Shown here: piece by piece, positions 18,536 through 29,500 of the stretch
How positions within the stretch are numbered: the first letter of the stretch is position 1
Layout of the letters: every line of letters begins with the position of its first letter
Origin: an uncultured archaeon
GTDB lineage: Archaea; Asgardarchaeota; Lokiarchaeia; Sigyniarchaeales; SOKP01
DNA: 64,000 nt
Direction of reading: 5' to 3'
Assembly (NCBI GenBank): GCA_964525635.1
Contig: CAZGJX010000001.1
Location: forward strand, 40,807 to 104,806
Made by a program: the position numbers and the translations under genes
Notes under the pieces: model-generated
Told to the model about the DNA's origin: nothing
Seen by the model: only the letters and a program-made list of their open reading frames with translations
The model's database searches: none

Positions 18536-20041
18536 TTAGGTTGTTTCAGTTGCTATTTCTTCAGATCCAACTTTAGGCTCTTCTTCTAAACTTGAGTCAA
18601 TATCCTCTTTTTTAACGTAATCTCCCACAGATATAAGTATATCTTTTATCTTTCCTTCTTGCTTTAATCTCATAATCAGACTACGGTTTTTAATGAATGA
18701 AATAACTTTTGCAACAACAGGGAAAAGAAGCATAATTGGTAGAAGAAGAACAATAATTGCCTCTGGAGAATACATAGCAACACTTTTACTAATAGCATCG
18801 GGAAGTTGAAGAACATTAATAAGGAACCACCTTGGATGAATAATAATATAGCTGATAAATATTAAGACGATAATTCTTGTAGATGCATTAATGAGTGTAG
18901 AAACTGCTAGGTTTTTTGATCTCGGTGCAGAACTTTTTGCGGTTAAAGTATCCTCTGCCTCTGGATCTTCTCTAAATAAACGTTCAGCATATCTCCCTAA
19001 CCTCCGTGTCTTTGAGGCTGCAGTAATTAATTTTTTCTCCTCAGATTCTAATTTTTTCTTTTCAATCATTTCTTTTATATAGGAGAATTTTCTTTCTTTT
19101 TTCATTAAGAATACTTCTACAGATTCTTTTTCTATTCCTAATTCTTCTTTTTTTTTTTTAGCTTCTTCTTTTATTTTATCTATATTTGTTGTAATATGCA
19201 TTGATTCTCTGCGTATTAATTTTAATTGAGCTTCTAATCGTTCACTTCTCCTGAGAGATGGTTGAGTGACTGTATCTGTATAATTAATTTGAAAGGCCAT
19301 TTCAAGATACAAATAGCATACTATTGCAAATAATATAAGTGGATTACTAATGAAGGTAAAAAAATTATCTATTGGTATATCGTTGAAAGAATCACTTAAT
19401 GGATTTGCTAACTCATTTAAATTAATAATTTCATTTTCTGTAAGCCAATCATTTATAGGTTTAAGTGCACCAAATAAATCGAGCATATCTCTAAATCCAT
19501 AAATAATTAATGGAAATATAATCATTGAAACTAAAAGTCCAATAGCTCTTAAATTATTTTTTGGATTACTTTGGAATATAGCTCTTATAACATAAAAAAT
19601 AGCTAAGATAAACAATAATTGAAAGATGACTAAATAAATATCATTTGAAAGTATAGCTAATTGTGTAAATATTTTATCTCCAAGATCATCAAATTCAGGA
19701 GTTACTCCATCTGGGAAACTAAACCAACTACCAAGAAGATTTTTAAAGAATAGATGAACAAAATTAAATATATCTGATCCACCAACAGCGGAAAACATTC
19801 CACCAATTACAAATGCAAAAGCTATAGCAATGCAATATAATAGTACAAAGATTAATAAACTAATCAGATCCTTTAATGCAAATATAAAATCCACAACAAC
19901 CCATTGTTTATTACCATCTTTAGCAACTGTGAGTATTTCTTGAAAATTAAACAATGAGAAAAAGATAGTAAGTATCCAAAAAAATAATAATGCATTTAAT
20001 ATTCTTAAAGTCATTAAATAATATCTTCGTTCCATATTCAA
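18536..20041 (-). CDS. Polytopic membrane protein with a central charged coiled-coil loop; last gene of the MoxR cluster
   Basis: 501 aa with multiple hydrophobic helices flanking a K/E-rich segment (KEEAKKKKEELGIEKE...). It starts 10 nt after the DUF58 gene on the same strand. Confidence 0.5.
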   Translation of the reverse strand: MNMERRYYLMTLRILNALLFFWILTIFFSLFNFQEILTVAKDGNKQWVVVDFIFALKDLISLLIFVLLYCIAIAFAFVIGGMFSAVGGSDIFNFVHLFFKNLLGSWFSFPDGVTPEFDDLGDKIFTQLAILSNDIYLVIFQLLFILAIFYVIRAIFQSNPKNNLRAIGLLVSMIIFPLIIYGFRDMLDLFGALKPINDWLTENEIINLNELANPLSDSFNDIPIDNFFTFISNPLILFAIVCYLYLEMAFQINYTDTVTQPSLRRSERLEAQLKLIRRESMHITTNIDKIKEEAKKKKEELGIEKESVEVFLMKKERKFSYIKEMIEKKKLESEEKKLITAASKTRRLGRYAERLFREDPEAEDTLTAKSSAPRSKNLAVSTLINASTRIIVLIFISYIIIHPRWFLINVLQLPDAISKSVAMYSPEAIIVLLLPIMLLFPVVAKVISFIKNRSLIMRLKQEGKIKDILISVGDYVKKEDIDSSLEEEPKVGSEEIATETT

Positions 20042-20050
20042 TATACCTCT

Positions 20051-21379
20051 TTAATATGCACTTCCTTTCTTTTTTGCTTCTAAATAGTTATTTATTACTT
20101 GATTCATCATATCATCAGGACCAACTGTAATAAGATTAATTCCAAGCCTTCGAGCTTCTTGTTTTATTCCTAAAATATGCTCCATCATTTCTTCAGATAT
20201 TGCTTCTGCTAAGGCTTTATCTGTTGACGATAAATCAACTTCATGAATTTCAAACCAAGGTGAAAAAGGATTTATTATAATAACTGTATGACCAAAAGGA
20301 ATTAATTTTCTAACTGCGTCTCTAATTTCTTTGATACTTGTCTCTAAATCAGAAATGATAAAAATTAAGCTCCGCTTCTGATACCTCTTAATAAAATTAT
20401 CCATAGCATCAAAAATTTTGCATTTACCTTCAGGTTTTACTCTTGCAACAAAATCTAAAACTTGATAAAAATACTCTTCACCACTTCCTGGTTTTAAATA
20501 TTTAAAATTTTTTTTATTGGAGAATGTATATATCCCCACATTATCACGTCTCGTTAAGGCAATTTTTGTTAATAACATACATGCTCTAATAGCATATTCA
20601 AATTTTGTATTATCTATTGCACCCCCCGCCATTGAATTAGAGGAATCAACCAAAATCATCATATTGATATCTCTTTCAGTTTCAAATTCTCTTACAATTA
20701 ATTTTTGGGTTCTAACACTTGCTTTCCAATCGATTAATCTAAATTGATCTCCAAAAACATATTTTCTCATTCCAAAAAATTCTGAACCTAATCCTTTTTG
20801 TTTTGATCGTTGTACACCATAATTTAAATTAAGAGATCTTTTTGATCCTAAGATTTCTATCCTTTTTATATCTTCATACGGAGGATAAATTAAAACATCA
20901 GTAACACTATTTGGGATAATTCTTTCAGCAGAATTAAATCCAAGACGATCTTTTACTATTACAGATAAAGGTCCAAGTGGATATTCACCCCTTACCTTTG
21001 GTTCAAGTACATAAGAAAATTTAATTAAATCTTTTGGACCTATTCGAGTACTTATAAAATTCTCACCTAATATTAATCTAAAAAGTGCAGGATTATAGTA
21101 ATCTCTAATTTCTATAAAGTCAAAACTATTTCTCCCAGCATTTTCAATGATTACTTTGATATGTACAAAATCATCTTTGAAAATCTTTTGTTTTTCTAAT
21201 TCCCTATGAACCCTTAATTCTTCTACATCCATCTGATAATAGAATAATGGGAGACTGATAACGGCACTAAATAGTAGAATTATTCCAAAATAGACTAGAA
21301 AATAATTTACATTAGCAAACCCAGCTGCTAAAAAAAAAACACTAAATAAAATTAACGTTCTTCCTTTTCCACCTAGCAT
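20051..21379 (-). CDS. DUF58 family protein (vWA-like), MoxR partner
   Basis: 442 aa. Two N-terminal TM helices, then FGDQFRLIDWKASVRTQKLIVREFETERDINMMILVDSSNSM, the classic DUF58 signature. Confidence 0.8.
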   Translation of the reverse strand: MLGGKGRTLILFSVFFLAAGFANVNYFLVYFGIILLFSAVISLPLFYYQMDVEELRVHRELEKQKIFKDDFVHIKVIIENAGRNSFDFIEIRDYYNPALFRLILGENFISTRIGPKDLIKFSYVLEPKVRGEYPLGPLSVIVKDRLGFNSAERIIPNSVTDVLIYPPYEDIKRIEILGSKRSLNLNYGVQRSKQKGLGSEFFGMRKYVFGDQFRLIDWKASVRTQKLIVREFETERDINMMILVDSSNSMAGGAIDNTKFEYAIRACMLLTKIALTRRDNVGIYTFSNKKNFKYLKPGSGEEYFYQVLDFVARVKPEGKCKIFDAMDNFIKRYQKRSLIFIISDLETSIKEIRDAVRKLIPFGHTVIIINPFSPWFEIHEVDLSSTDKALAEAISEEMMEHILGIKQEARRLGINLITVGPDDMMNQVINNYLEAKKKGSAY

Positions 21380-21455
21380 TCTAATTTATCTCCCATTATT
21401 TATTATTTTAAAAATTTTCAATAAAAATAAACTCAGAAAATTATAAAAATCCAGC

Positions 21456-22467
21456 TTAAATTGGAACTGGAATTTCCTCCATAATATTTTTTATAACAGC
21501 TCTGACGTCAAGACCTTCTAATTCTGCTTCTGGTTTTAATAACAGACGATGATTCAATGCAGGGACAGTTAATGCTCTTACATCATCAGGAGTTACATAA
21601 GTTCTTCCTAAGATCGCAGCTCTTGCCTTAGAGCATTTCATTAGTACTAAACTTGCTCTAGGACCACATCCTAATCCAATTTGAGGATGGTTTCTTGTTT
21701 TAAGAATTATATCTCTAATATATTTTAGAATTCTCTCATCGATATATACTTGATTTACCAAATTCTGAGCAGCAAGTATTTCTGGTCCACTAGTGATACG
21801 TTGGACAGTTGGTGAGTCTCCAGACAATTGTCGTCTCATGATTTCAACTTCTTCATCATGTTCTGGATAATCCAGCCATAATTTAAACAAAAATCTATCA
21901 ACCTGAGCTTCAGGTAATGGATAAGTCCCTTCCATCTCTACAGGATTCTCTGTTGCTATTACCATAAATGGTTTTTCGAGTTCCAAGGTTTGACCTTCTA
22001 TTGTAATTTGCCGTTCAGCCATGGCTTCAAGGAGTGCTGCTTGTGTTTTAGGAGCACTTCTATTAATTTCATCCGCTAATACGATGTTTGCAAATAAAGG
22101 TCCTTTTTGAAGCACGAATGTTCCTTCTTCTTGTGAGAATATTTTTGTACCGGTAATATCTGCCGGAAGAAGATCTGGTGTGAATTGTACTCGTTTAAAA
22201 CTTACACCTAAAGTATTTGCAAATGTTTTAGCCATTACTGTTTTACCTAGTCCCGGAACGCCTTTTAACCAAATAATTCGAATTGAATTAAATTTCTAGT
22301 AAGACGTGTCCGTTGACAAGTAAGGATACAAATAATTGCTGAAGAATTTCTCCACATCCCACAATAACTCTACTTACCTCTGAGAGTACCTCCTGAGCAA
22401 TTTCTCTTATGGGGGTAATATCTAACTCGCTATGAGAAGCTGTTTTTATTTTACTTGGTGTTGACAT
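21456..22467 (-). CDS. MoxR-family AAA+ ATPase, interrupted by a 31-nt BHB-like insert just before Walker A (326 aa if spliced)
   Basis: The track ORF 21456..22235 lacks the N-terminus. Exon 1 (22467..22296) reads MSTPSK...[25 protein letters not shown]. After the insert comes [15 protein letters not shown]..., then [28 protein letters not shown]. Confidence 0.8.
22265..22295 (-). other. Candidate relaxed BHB intron in the MoxR mRNA, 31 nt
   Basis: Fold drawn by eye. 6-bp outer helix ACGUCU/AGGCGU, central helix UACU/GGUU (A-U, C-G, U-G plus one U-U), 3-nt bulges AGA and AAA, inner hairpin UAAUUC-AAUUC-GAAUUA. Canonical cuts excise 31 nt and give CUA-GAA-GGC (L-E-G). Confidence 0.5.
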
Positions 22468-22549
22468 ATTTTTTTATACCTTCCTTTTTTTATTTTTAAT
22501 TTTTATATTATTTTTTTAATAAATTATTCATTTATAACTAGATTTTAAA

Positions 22550-24319
22550 TTACATATTGTTTACAACCCATTCCATTTCAAAGAATAGGTCTTCAAATTC
22601 TATTTCATTTTTAATTTTTAATTTTCCTACTTTTAAATTTAACATATTATCAATAAAACGTGATATTCTCTTTACTTTATTCCTTGTGATATTTGGATCT
22701 TTTCGTTGAACCAAATCAATTACGTTTTTTGTAGTTATTTTCATATCTCCTAATTGAGCATGTAATTTTCTATCCAATCTTCGATTAAGTAAAGTGAGTG
22801 CTTTATTAAATTGTCTCTTTTCATGATACCACTCTATTTTTTTTGCAAAAAATGATGAGGTTCTAAATCTCATTTTTTCCTCTTTTTTTTCTTCTTTTTC
22901 TATTTTCTTTTTCTCAGCTTTCTTTCCTTTTTTAGGTAGATACCTTCTTAAAGAATAAATAGCAAGTAAAGGATAAATCCAGGCCGTAATTGGATTTGTA
23001 CTTAGATGTATAACATATTGTAATACAATTCCATAAATTCCAGCGGAACTTAAATCTCTTGATTGTTCAGGGCGAATATGTGCTTCATCAAAAGCTATAA
23101 CCCAATCATCTGGACCTTCATTATATGTAAGCCACTCTATTACATTCATTGCTAATTGTTTATTATCATAACCACCTCGATCAATTAGCTCATTATTCCA
23201 TAAACTTGCATCAGAAGAAACAAATATACGCGATTTAGTTGTCTCTTTTGCTAGGAAAACGGCAGGTGTAATTGGGTAACCTAATGGAATCTTCAATAAA
23301 TCGGGATCAACATCACCAAGAAATGAAGACATAAAAGATAAATCTATAAAATCATCATTAAAATCATATTTTTTATCCCCATTTTTATCAACAAAACTAT
23401 ATTTTCCACTTGCTTCACCGACTAATTTCCATCCAAAAGCAGAAATTAAAGGATCTCCTACTGCTGCTGATGCTTTTGAAAGAATAACTTGATTAACATT
23501 ATCAGTTAGGCCTTGATAATTATACAATTGAGTTATTTTTGGAAATTCGGGAGTTGTGTCATATGATTCATTATCTCTTAAATATCCTCTTGGAAATAAA
23601 GTCACTGGAACTAAATCAACCGGATCTGCTCCTTCATGCAATAAACTTAAAGCACTTGCTATAAATATTTGCCATAATAATTCTGAAGTAGAACCATGAT
23701 CATGACAAATCAAAATAGAATTACGACCCTGTAAAAATTCAACAAAGTATGGAATTTCAAAAATGGGATTATAGAAAGAATTGGGGCCCATAAGTATCAA
23801 TAGTATAGATTTATTTAACCTCTCTGTTGCACTTAAACTTGTCTGTATTGACATTACGTCATACTCATAGTCATTATATCCAGGTTCTCCATCTTCTAAA
23901 AGTTCTCTAAATTCTGAACATCCATTCCAACGATTGTTATATATTGAAAAATTATGATCATTTATCCCTTTATCAATGACAGGTCCGAGGAGGGGAACAA
24001 AAGAAAATCCAAAAATTATGATGAATAATGCATTTTTATATAGAGATCCTTGTGATTTACCTCTGGACTTCAATTCACGTGATTTTTGAGTTCTAACGTT
24101 CCTAATAAAAATGATGAGACCTATAAATGAAAAAATAGAGCCTAAATAACATACAAAAGGGATATAAGTTATAACAACAGGTAATTGTCCGGGATTTACC
24201 CTCTGAAGATAAATAATAAAATCTTCAAGAAAGAGACCAACTACAATTAAATAAATTATAAAAAATGTATAAAGAATTCCTTTTGAGACTTTTACACTTT
24301 TTTTATTTGTATAACTCAT
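22550..24319 (-). CDS. Membrane protein of the MoxR/DUF58/transglutaminase cluster (DUF4350-like by position)
   Basis: 589 aa. N-terminal TM helices, a large extracytoplasmic domain, a late TM helix and a K/E-rich tail. The family call rests on gene context only. Confidence 0.35.
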   Translation of the reverse strand: MSYTNKKSVKVSKGILYTFFIIYLIVVGLFLEDFIIYLQRVNPGQLPVVITYIPFVCYLGSIFSFIGLIIFIRNVRTQKSRELKSRGKSQGSLYKNALFIIIFGFSFVPLLGPVIDKGINDHNFSIYNNRWNGCSEFRELLEDGEPGYNDYEYDVMSIQTSLSATERLNKSILLILMGPNSFYNPIFEIPYFVEFLQGRNSILICHDHGSTSELLWQIFIASALSLLHEGADPVDLVPVTLFPRGYLRDNESYDTTPEFPKITQLYNYQGLTDNVNQVILSKASAAVGDPLISAFGWKLVGEASGKYSFVDKNGDKKYDFNDDFIDLSFMSSFLGDVDPDLLKIPLGYPITPAVFLAKETTKSRIFVSSDASLWNNELIDRGGYDNKQLAMNVIEWLTYNEGPDDWVIAFDEAHIRPEQSRDLSSAGIYGIVLQYVIHLSTNPITAWIYPLLAIYSLRRYLPKKGKKAEKKKIEKEEKKEEKMRFRTSSFFAKKIEWYHEKRQFNKALTLLNRRLDRKLHAQLGDMKITTKNVIDLVQRKDPNITRNKVKRISRFIDNMLNLKVGKLKIKNEIEFEDLFFEMEWVVNNM

Positions 24320-24403
24320 ATTTATCTATACCAATCTTTTATTATTCTTCTTAAATTTATAATAATTATTTTAAAATTGTGGAATACTTGATATTTTTCC
24401 AAT

Positions 24404-24769
24404 TTATAGATTAAAACCAAAATTCTTACCAGTAATTTCATTATATAAATTAGAAAACATCGTTAATGTAAATTTGAACTCATTTTGTGTTGGTTCTAAT
24501 CCACCATAAATTATATCTTCTATTTTTTTTATGAAAGGATAAACGGATTCAGGTTTCTGACCTAATTCATTCACACATGTAATTGCATATTCTCTTATTG
24601 TTTGATAGGCCATTCTTGGTTTTTCATATTTATTTTTAATAAGATCATTGTAGATAAGATATATATAAGCAATAGCTTCTTTTGCTCTACCACTTTTCAT
24701 AAGAACATTGAGATTTTCTTTCTTTCTATCAACATTTATAAATTCTTCTTGATGTTTTGTACGAGCCAT
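24404..24769 (-). CDS. Small DUF4129-like protein
   Basis: 121 aa. Alignable by eye to the C-terminus of the 534-aa neighbour (TIREYAITCVNELGQKPESVYPFIKKIEDIIYG vs TIRDFAIISVKDFKLDPTKIYPFIQKVEQIIYA). Confidence 0.5.
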   Translation of the reverse strand: MARTKHQEEFINVDRKKENLNVLMKSGRAKEAIAYIYLIYNDLIKNKYEKPRMAYQTIREYAITCVNELGQKPESVYPFIKKIEDIIYGGLEPTQNEFKFTLTMFSNLYNEITGKNFGFNL

Positions 24770-24889
24770 TTTTTCACACTCACTATTCTATTTTTAATTT
24801 TTTTTTTTTTTTATTCTTTTTTATAGTTTACTTATTTCATAATGGTAAAATTACTTTTTATATGTTTATAATAATAACATAAAACTCCT

Positions 24890-26494
24890 TTAAAAGTTTA
24901 AAATAAAATTATATCCAGTTAATTGATGATAAATTGGTGAAAATAAATTAACAGTATCATAAAATTCTTTATCAGTTACTTGAAATGGACGAGCATAAAT
25001 TATTTGTTCTACTTTTTGAATGAAAGGATATATTTTTGTTGGATCTAACTTAAAATCTTTAACAGAAATAATCGCAAAATCCCTAATAGTTTCATTTTCT
25101 TTTCGAATTCTTCCATACTTTGCTCCCACCAAATCTATATAAATTGCATTAAATAAATATGAAAGTGATTCTTCTATTCTGTTAGAATCCTTTAATATTT
25201 TAAGATTTTGAATCTTTGATTCAAGAGGTATTTTTACTGTCTGAAAAGTTGATAATTTTGTTTTATATTTTTTATAAATAAATATACTTACCACTGTGAC
25301 ACTTCCAATGATAATAGGAACTCCAATTATGAAAAATAATTGTAGTGGAGTTAATGGGATTTCAGGAGGAGGTGGAGGTATATATGGTAAAACTTCAATA
25401 TCGATAGAACTATCAAAGTCATAAACACTACTATACTCAACTAGAGAAATCCTCACAGTTTTATTATCTGATCCACTTGGAATTGTAAAACTATAAGAAA
25501 ACCAACCAGTTCCATCTGTTTCAAAAGTATCTGTAAAATCATCGACGAGGAGTGTTCCAAATCTAATTGAAAAATGACGATTATTAAGATAACGGGAATC
25601 ATCATATAGATCGACTATATAACCTCCGATTGTTATTTGATCTCCTTCAGTTACTGATGATGGATATATATCCCATAAACAATCTAAATCTGTAAAAATT
25701 TCTATGTTAGGTATTATAGTATTTGAAGGTTCTGCAATATTCGGTATTCTTACCATAGTTATATTCAAATTAATGCTTTCAGGAGATGCATCAGTAGGAA
25801 CAGAGAAATCAACTGCATTAATATCCCCCTCTATATCTGTGTATATGGTATTTTCAGACCAAGTATCTGAAATAGAATACCAATTATACTTTAATTCTGC
25901 ACTGGGAATAGGATCATTATTTTGCAATAATATATTTCCCGAAAAATCTGTATTTATTAATATTTCTCCAGCTAAATAGGGTAAACTCCCTTTTGTAATA
26001 TTAATGGTGGATGTTGAATTTATATCTATAGTATAACTATTATATAGATAAATTTCTAATGCAGGAACATCAACCTCAATTGTATGAGATAGATATACAT
26101 CTAAAGATGTTTCTATTGTATAGGTAATAGTAAATTCGCCAAATGCGTTTGTAATATTATTAAATGATGGTTTATTTGTACCATCAATTGTTAAAATAAC
26201 GGTTACATCTTCTAAGGGGTCTGGAAAAGGTAGTTCATCAATTACTGTTCCAGTTATATCAATTGATGAACCAATGATAAACATTCTTCCATCAATTTCA
26301 TTAGCATTCGTTAAATTCACTGAAGCGTCAATAGCAGAGATATTTAAATTATCGGTATTTTCTCTATTATCATCCCTTTCATTGTTTATTTTAAAAGATG
26401 GATTTACATAATAAAATGATAAAACTATAAATAATACAGAAATTAATATAAAAAAAATCAATACGTTATTTTTAAGGTTTTTTTTTGTTTTCAT
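24890..26494 (-). CDS. Secreted/membrane-anchored protein with beta-rich ectodomain, TM helix and C-terminal DUF4129-like domain
   Basis: 534 aa. N-terminal signal/anchor, a PPPPPEIP linker, a TM helix (FFIIGVPIIIGSVTVVSIFIY), then a domain paralogous to 24404..24769. Confidence 0.5.
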   Translation of the reverse strand: MKTKKNLKNNVLIFFILISVLFIVLSFYYVNPSFKINNERDDNRENTDNLNISAIDASVNLTNANEIDGRMFIIGSSIDITGTVIDELPFPDPLEDVTVILTIDGTNKPSFNNITNAFGEFTITYTIETSLDVYLSHTIEVDVPALEIYLYNSYTIDINSTSTINITKGSLPYLAGEILINTDFSGNILLQNNDPIPSAELKYNWYSISDTWSENTIYTDIEGDINAVDFSVPTDASPESINLNITMVRIPNIAEPSNTIIPNIEIFTDLDCLWDIYPSSVTEGDQITIGGYIVDLYDDSRYLNNRHFSIRFGTLLVDDFTDTFETDGTGWFSYSFTIPSGSDNKTVRISLVEYSSVYDFDSSIDIEVLPYIPPPPPEIPLTPLQLFFIIGVPIIIGSVTVVSIFIYKKYKTKLSTFQTVKIPLESKIQNLKILKDSNRIEESLSYLFNAIYIDLVGAKYGRIRKENETIRDFAIISVKDFKLDPTKIYPFIQKVEQIIYARPFQVTDKEFYDTVNLFSPIYHQLTGYNFILNF

Positions 26495-26520
26495 AAAAAT
26501 CTCCTTGATAAAATATGATA

Positions 26521-29500
26521 TTAAGTTTGGTGTTGTAGTTCTCTATTTGATTCTTCAATATAACCCGCTTCTGGATATGAATAAGTATCATTTGGATAGA
26601 AATACACTGTAATTGTAGTTGTGGGTTCATTCCAATTATCAGTAACAAGGAATGAATATGTAAAATCTCCTTGTGAATCAGTTAAAACAACAGTACTGTT
26701 TAGGATTCCTAAAACACTATCATAGACAATTATTTGAACATACACATTTGTTATTCCTGTGCTATTATCCCAACTTAAAGTACCAAAAACATTACACATA
26801 TCTCCAGTATACCAATCGGGAATAAAAGTTCTATTATAAAATCCACTGATGGATGTATCAGCGGTTATATTAATAAATGTAAAACTACTCTCAAAATTTA
26901 CCATATAAGGGCCTTCACTTAGGGAGATTGAACATCCTAAAAAAGGATCTGAATGCAATATTGCTCCTTTAAAGTCTATTCTAATCTTGTATTCTCCTTG
27001 AGCTAAGGTTTGATCAATATAAAGATTATTAAATTGAAACTCTCCATTGATATCTGTTCTAAGATATCGATTAGAGGTTATTATGTATGCTGATACATCT
27101 TGATTGAAGGAATCAAAAAGATTTATACTAACTTCCACTCCTCTGAGATCCCCATAAATATCAAATACTGTTCCTGAAACTGAGAAACTTTCACTATCTC
27201 TTATGATACTTTCAGAAGCAGGAGCTAAAGGATTTATATCTATTGATGCACTTTCATTTATAATAATATAGGTAAGATTATATTTGTTGAAACCACCCCA
27301 ACTTACTGTAATCAGGTGAATTCCTGCTTTCCAGTTCCCTGTACCTACTACAATATTACAATATCCATCTGGTATCTCAGAACCCGTATAAGTATAACTT
27401 CCTATTTCAGCACCATTCTGATCTTCATCATAGAATCTTACAGTACCACTGTCTACTCCAGTACCATACTGACTAACCCAAACTTCAAAAGAAATAGAAT
27501 CTCCACGATTATATTGATTTGGTAAATTAAAATCATCATAATTATAAGTATCGATTGCTGGAATTCCATCAATTTCAAATAGGATTTCTATGTTAGAGGG
27601 ATCCATAACTTCCAAATCACTCGTAGTATCTGCTGCCGCATTGAAGTTTGGATGTCCTATGAAATTAAAATCAGGTTCAGCACCAGGATAGGTAAAATAA
27701 CCATCAAATCTCACCTCAATTCTATAAAAACCTTCAGGTGTTATTGATGAAACCCTATGTTGAATATTAAAATATCCCGTATCGTCTGTTCGTAGAGTAC
27801 TAGGAGCACTTCTTAGAATGAGATATGAAGATACCTCTGTGGGACCATCATACATATGAACTGTAAGATCAGCATTTTTTATTGGATTAGAAAAACTATC
27901 TCTTAAATATCCACTTATATTGAAAAGATATGTTCCATCATAATCTGGAGTATTATCAATTTGAAAAGGCATAGGAGAATGATTAAGAACACTAAATGCC
28001 ATTGAATCATTTAAAATATAATATGAACTATTTACATTGCTAGTTCCTAACCTTGCATATAATTTATTTGGTCCAGCAGGGATGCTATTATTTACAGTAT
28101 AATAGTATATCGCTTCACCATTTACATCTGTATCATCTCCACCAAGTAAGTTGAAATTAGAATCAAAGAATCCAATGGACTTATTAGGTACGGGTAATCC
28201 TAATTCATCCCGGACGATTGCTTTTAATTCCAGAGTAGATGATCGGGCGATTTCTGGTGAAGTTACATCACCTGCTTCAAAATCATTGATATAAAAAGAT
28301 AAAGAATATACTTCTGGTTTGGTTATATTTATCTCTATACTATCAGTATCATTCACAAGATTTTCAATACCATATAACCAAATTCCATTGAAAGATGCTT
28401 CGATTTCATATACTCCACTGGGAGTTACCCCCATATTAATGGTTATTATTTCCTTAATAAATTCTCCTGTTGAACCCGTAGTAATAAGACCATAGCTAAG
28501 TGCCCCTGGCACTAGCAGATGTGTGTATTTTGTATATAGTTGAAATGTAACTACTCCAAATCTTCCCTTCTTGCTACTATTTAGAGGATCTGTTAGATCT
28601 CCTGATATTTCTATAGTTGGAGGATTACCTGGATAATTTACTGTAGAGGGATTTACACTATTTAAATTAAGATAAAGATCATTATCGGGATCAGAAAAAC
28701 TTCCTAAAACGCTATAAGTAACATTATCAATGGTTTTACCATATGAAGCAACTATTTGGTGAAGCCCTGCGGTTTGACTATCATCAATACTTACGTATGC
28801 GGATGCTACACCATTCACATCAGTCTCAACAGGATCAGTCCCAATAAAGTTATCCATATAAGCATCATAAAAGAGAATTGGTCTACCAGAAATGGATTGA
28901 TTTGATGATGATGTTAGAATAGCAGTTAGATTTGCTACATGACCTACATTTCTATGCCCAGAAGAGAAGTTTGAAACTAAGGTAAGATCATAATCACCCG
29001 AAGATGCAAATGGATCGACATTACCACATACATCTACTTGAATCCATTCTCCTGTTCCATCTATATCTGTTGGAATGAAGACTTCTGCCCAATTATACAT
29101 ATTCTTATACTTTATTGGTATATAATCACCTGTTCCATCTGTTTCTTCAGCAATATAGCGACTATTAAATCCATCTACAAATCGACTGGGAATTCCAAAA
29201 ACCCTTGCAAATACACAAAAAGTAGTAGCAAAATCTGACCAAACCCCTTCTTCATTTTCACAGAACCAATAAGCTATATCTTCACCATCCTCAGGAGGAT
29301 CAGCACTCATAGCATTAAATCCAAAATTAAAGTTATTTTGAAGATATGATTGAATTGTTAAGGCAATAGTAGCAGCATTATCAGTTGAGTTATCGATTAA
29401 TGCATTTAATGCATTATAATGTAATTCAAAGTCTCCATTGCGTTGTCTATATGTTACTCGATCTGTAGGTAATTGACCGTAGTCGTCATCCATAGATTGA

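Noticed and set aside
22236-22467. Treating the MoxR 5' part as a separate small ORF and 21456..22235 as an N-terminally truncated ATPase
   Set aside because: The two pieces are colinear with one MoxR protein (GHVLLE / GVPGLGKT). The Walker A codons lie upstream of the track ORF's ATG in the same frame. A single interrupted gene is the parsimonious reading.
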